Part shown: positions 35,364 through 38,793 of the stretch, in pieces
How positions within the stretch are numbered: position 1 is the stretch's first letter
Layout: every line of letters starts with the position of its first letter
Source of the DNA: Candidatus Sumerlaeota bacterium
Lineage (GTDB): Bacteria > Sumerlaeota > Sumerlaeia > MWCT01
NCBI GenBank assembly: GCA_026398545.1
Contig: JAPLSR010000022.1
Span: forward strand, 1 to 38,793
Length of the DNA: 38,793 bases
Direction of reading: 5' to 3'
The notes under the pieces: generated by a model
Told to the model about the DNA's origin: nothing
The model's input: the letters and a program-made list of their open reading frames with translations, nothing else
The model's database searches: none
Position numbers and translations under genes: made by a program

Positions 35364-36541
35364 TAGACTAAAGCCTTCTCCTTCAAAAAAGCTCGCCAGC
35401 GGGCTGTGAAATGCTCACGGGTAAATTTAAGGGCATGGCGGCGCAACACCTCAGGGTCAAAATCGTCCCGCTGGAAGGAGTCAAGGGCGCGGCGCAGGGA
35501 TTCCGGTGTTTGCTCCCGGAAGAAGAGCCCCGTCCTGCCCTCCTCAACAGTATCCAGAATGCCACCCCTCCCATAAGCCACAACAGGTCTTCCGCAAGCC
35601 ATAGCTTCAAGCGGCGCAATCCCGAAATCCTCCTCCTGGGGAAAGATAAGGGCGCGGCAATGACGATACAATTCCCTCAGGACATCATTTTCCACCCAGC
35701 CGAGGAATGTAACATTATCTGTGGCGTTGCGGCGCAATTTTTTCTCCTCCGGACCTGAGCCGGCGATGAAAAGGCGCTCCCGCCTGCCGCGAAACGCCTC
35801 CACCGCCACATCCACACGCTTGTAAGGGACAAGAGCGGAAACGATGAGATAATACTCTCCTTCTCGCCTGCCAAAGAACTCGTTCGGCGAGCAGGTCGGT
35901 GTTGCCGGTTCTTGTGCCTCCTCATCCGCCTGCGGGCCGAAGCCTTCGGCGGAGGACTCCGCTCCTGCCGGGGAAAAATATTCCGCATCAACAGGCGGCG
36001 GAATAACTTCGCTTTCCCGTGCAAAATAAACTCTGATTTTCTCCGCAATATGGCGAGAGGTTGCAACTAAAAAATCAACACCGGCGGACGTCGTGACATC
36101 CCAGCGGCGGAGTTTTCCCCGCAATAGACCCATAACAGCGCCTTCCGGGGAAAATCCAACGCCGAAATAATCGTCAAACTTGTCCCAGATGTAGCGCATG
36201 GGAGTCAGGCAGTAGCATATATGAACAGCGCCCTTCGGGATGCGCACACCCTTTGCGGCGCAATGGCTGATTGAAATAACATGGTCAAATCCCGCAAGGT
36301 CAAACCGCCTGATTGCCCACGGAAATAGAGGGAGATAATGACGGTAGTATCTCCTCGCAAGAGGGAATTTCTGAAGAACTGAAGGGATAACCATACGGGT
36401 GCGGATTTTTTCAGAAACGCAGTCAGGCTCGTAAAACAGGGTGAATATCGGGGCGTCGGGATAGAGGTCGCAAAAGGACTCCAGCACCTTTTCCCCTCCG
36501 CGCATCCCGTTCAGCCAGTCATGAATGAGCGCCGCCTTCAA
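35363..36541 (-). CDS. GT-B glycosyltransferase (family 4-like)
   Basis: KAALIHDWLNGMRGGEKV N-terminus and C-terminal EDFGIAPLEAMACGRPVVA. TTG 36541 with GGAGGG 7-8 nt upstream is preferred over ATG 36580, which would overlap the upstream gene by 35 nt. Confidence 0.75.
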   Translation of the reverse strand: MKAALIHDWLNGMRGGEKVLESFCDLYPDAPIFTLFYEPDCVSEKIRTRMVIPSVLQKFPLARRYYRHYLPLFPWAIRRFDLAGFDHVISISHCAAKGVRIPKGAVHICYCLTPMRYIWDKFDDYFGVGFSPEGAVMGLLRGKLRRWDVTTSAGVDFLVATSRHIAEKIRVYFARESEVIPPPVDAEYFSPAGAESSAEGFGPQADEEAQEPATPTCSPNEFFGRREGEYYLIVSALVPYKRVDVAVEAFRGRRERLFIAGSGPEEKKLRRNATDNVTFLGWVENDVLRELYRHCRALIFPQEEDFGIAPLEAMACGRPVVAYGRGGILDTVEEGRTGLFFREQTPESLRRALDSFQRDDFDPEVLRRHALKFTREHFTARWRAFLKEKALV

Positions 36542-36545
36542 AATA

Positions 36546-37670
36546 TCATCCCTCCGGCTCCAGAACTTTTTTGTAAACATTCAGCGTCGCCTGCGCCGTC
36601 TTTTCCCAGCTGAAGCGCAGGACATTCTGCCTTCCCCTGTCAATCAGCACGGCGCGAAGCGCCGAATCGCCAATGAGGCGAAGCAGTGCTTCTGAAAACT
36701 CCTCAGGGGATGCGGGGTTGAAGAACAGGGCGGCATCTCCGAGCACCTCCGGCATGGGGGGGAGGTTGGATGCCACAACTGGCGTCCCGCATTTCATTGC
36801 CTCTAACGGGGGAAAGCCAAACCCCTCATAAAGGGAGGGGAAGAGGAGAACCTCTGCGCCGGAATAAAGACTGACGAGTTCCTCCTGCCCGACATAATCG
36901 ATAAGGCGCACCCGCTCTTTTGCGCCATAACCCGCCGCAAGGGCGTTCAGCATCTCTCTGTCCTTCACCCGCGGCGTGGCAATGGCAAGGGGCATATCGA
37001 GACGTCCCGACCTCCAGAGCTCTGCCAGTGTCTTTATTAAAAAGTTGTAGTTTTTGTGCGGTTTGTAAATGCCAACGGCAAGGAGATATTGCTCAGGCAG
37101 GTTGTGTTTTTTGCGGAACTCCGAAAGAGTGGCGGCGTCTCTCACGGGTTTTAGATTATCACTGACGGAGAGAGGAATGGCGCTCACCCGTTCAGGGGCA
37201 ATTTTCAGGCGCTCTATCACCTCATGCCGCATATAGTCTGTATCTGTGATGATATGGGCGGCGCGCACCGCCACCTCACCGAACATGAAGCGGGCATAGA
37301 GGCGATGCAGAGGCGTGGGGAGGCTCTTCGCAAACACGAGATGGTTCATATCATGGAGTGTGACCACGAGTCGCCCGCGGAATCGTAATGGGATATTATA
37401 GTGCGGGGCATGGAAGATGGGCGCACATCGAAGGGATTCAGGGAACAGAAATTGCTCCTTTAGTGAGTAAATGGGAGTGTCAAGCAAAACATAGAGTTCG
37501 CACAGACGTTCAGGAACCTCATGCCTGAAGCGCGCCGGACCGATAAAGACAAAGCGGGGGGCATCGAGAAGGCGGCACATCCCGCCGAGGAGCCCCTTGA
37601 GATAAACCCCTATTCCTGAATGGCGCATCATGCGCACATCAAGAATGATGGATGTCGGAATCCGTCCCAT
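36546..37670 (-). CDS. GT-B glycosyltransferase (family 1/4-like)
   Basis: GIGVYLKGLL N-terminus and EGFGFPPLEAMKCGTPVVAS, an E(x7)E-type motif. Confidence 0.8.
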   Translation of the reverse strand: MGRIPTSIILDVRMMRHSGIGVYLKGLLGGMCRLLDAPRFVFIGPARFRHEVPERLCELYVLLDTPIYSLKEQFLFPESLRCAPIFHAPHYNIPLRFRGRLVVTLHDMNHLVFAKSLPTPLHRLYARFMFGEVAVRAAHIITDTDYMRHEVIERLKIAPERVSAIPLSVSDNLKPVRDAATLSEFRKKHNLPEQYLLAVGIYKPHKNYNFLIKTLAELWRSGRLDMPLAIATPRVKDREMLNALAAGYGAKERVRLIDYVGQEELVSLYSGAEVLLFPSLYEGFGFPPLEAMKCGTPVVASNLPPMPEVLGDAALFFNPASPEEFSEALLRLIGDSALRAVLIDRGRQNVLRFSWEKTAQATLNVYKKVLEPEG

Positions 37671-37682
37671 GCGGTAACAACT

Positions 37683-38537
37683 TCACACTAAAATCGTCGC
37701 TCCGTCGCCAGAGCTATGGAGCGTCGGCGACTGCCTTGAGTTCAAAAGTTCACCCAGAAGGTCGCAACACAGGGGAAGGACATGCGCCCTGTCGCCGCTC
37801 GTTTCAAAGGTGATGGATTCCTGCGAACCGGACGCCTCAACCTCAAATTGATTCCCCCTCTCTGTCAGGACGCGCACCAACTGCCGCGCCGTTCCTGAGT
37901 TTCCGTCAAAGAACTGCACTCCGCCGCCGAAAAATTCCCCAAGATTTTTTTTCAGATAGACAAAATGTGTGCAACCCAAGACAACGGCGGAAAATTCATG
38001 AAGGGGATGACCCTTGAGGAGTTCCTGAAGGCGTCGCTTCATTGCCGGACTATCCTTTTCCCCCGCTTCAATCAGATTCACCAGTCCCGGACAGGGGAGC
38101 GAAATAATCTCCCGTATCTCCCCGAAGCGGCGCAGGAGCGCCTGATATTTTGGTTCGTGGATGGTGAAGGCGGTGCCGAGGACGAGGATTTTGCCGGCAA
38201 GACAAGACTCCACGGCGGGCTTGAGGGCGGGTTCCATCCCTACAATGGGAATGGTGTAACACCGCCTCATCTCCGCGATAGCGCTTGATGTGGCAGTGTT
38301 GCAGGCAACGCAAATCGCAGAAGCGCCGCGTTGCGTCATCTCATCCGCAATATAAAAGCATCTTGCAAGAATCTCTTTCTTTGATTTTTCGCCATAGGGG
38401 GCGAACCCCGAATCGGCATAGTAAAAGAACCGCGCCGCCGGCAGAAGACGAACCGCCTCCGCCAGAACGGTCAGTCCACCCACGCCCGAATCAAACATCC
38501 CGATAAGGGGATTGGGAACTTTCATCACCCTGTCCAT
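37683..38537 (-). CDS. murI: glutamate racemase
   Basis: GMFDSGVGGLTVL, VACNTATS, LGCTHFVYL. Confidence 0.9.
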   Translation of the reverse strand: MDRVMKVPNPLIGMFDSGVGGLTVLAEAVRLLPAARFFYYADSGFAPYGEKSKKEILARCFYIADEMTQRGASAICVACNTATSSAIAEMRRCYTIPIVGMEPALKPAVESCLAGKILVLGTAFTIHEPKYQALLRRFGEIREIISLPCPGLVNLIEAGEKDSPAMKRRLQELLKGHPLHEFSAVVLGCTHFVYLKKNLGEFFGGGVQFFDGNSGTARQLVRVLTERGNQFEVEASGSQESITFETSGDRAHVLPLCCDLLGELLNSRQSPTLHSSGDGATILV

Positions 38538-38793
38538 TTTTCCGAAACTGACTGAAATATAAAAAAGATTAAGACGCTATTACAAGAAAATAGTTTTTAC
38601 GAGCCCTTTATCATTTCCCACCGTCCTTCCCTGAAAATATTCTGCTTGCATGAAGGGGGAAATTAAGAAAATGATAAAATCCAACAATTGAGAGGTTGAT
38701 GCAAAAGTCAAGAGGCGCCTCATGAATATATGAAAATTGACCTGTTCCAAACTTGCGACCTTGTGTTTTTGTGGTTATTTTCATTTTGGGTCT

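Noticed and set aside
38609-38785. 58-codon minus-strand ORF (MKITTKTQGRKFG...) at the right edge
   Set aside because: Low-complexity start, no RBS, and located in the AT-rich region upstream of murI. It is probably non-coding.
1-38793. Scan for tRNA/rRNA, riboswitch-like leaders, integrase/transposase or terminal inverted repeats of an IS
   Set aside because: No T-loop-type GGTTCGAAT context lies outside coding sequence, and there is no rRNA-like stretch. The 5' leaders examined (for example 2476..2740 on the reverse strand) show no riboswitch core I recognise. No DDE or tyrosine-recombinase motifs appear in any ORF. This is a by-eye scan, so small RNAs could be missed.

Overview
This is a bacterial chromosomal fragment with about 35 credible protein genes. 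It uses the standard genetic code (several genes end in TGA) and Shine-Dalgarno-type RBSs. I recognised no rRNA, tRNA, CRISPR array, transposase or integrase.

Backbone (housekeeping and metabolic genes): argC carrying an in-frame TGA, a long PLP-dependent cysteine-synthase-fold enzyme, a PurE-TsaC(YrdC) fusion, a secreted GH2-like glycosidase, a DUF1611 protein and YicC. It continues with a damaged WecA/MraY-type transferase, a TolC-like OMP, PaaK plus an ACT protein, a CitD-CitE fusion and a YgeY-type M20 hydrolase. Further along are an alpha/alpha-barrel-like protein, a URO-D-family protein, a sugar nucleotidyltransferase, an orphan HlyD-type adaptor and GrpE. The right end holds an ArnT/PMT-like TPR glycosyltransferase, a WbaP-type priming transferase, two GT-B glycosyltransferases and MurI.

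Accessory material:
(i) A mosaic islet at about 2.5-8.7 kb. It contains a PIN plus small-ORF pair, an overlapping Ser/Thr-kinase(NHL propeller) / FHA-HExxH-peptidase operon, an RNase HI remnant, an orphan RHH antitoxin and a 117-nt duplication of the purE promoter/5' end.
(ii) A HEPN-MNT pair at 22.3-23.0 kb.
(iii) An AT-rich islet at 27.6-29.0 kb with a DUF6338-like membrane protein and a coupled 54-codon ORF.

Several intergenic regions carry 8-9-nt-period micro tandem repeats with inverted partner copies.

My best candidates for an undescribed system are the kinase/FHA-peptidase operon and the AT-rich two-gene islet. All functional calls come from motif recognition by eye; no searches were run.
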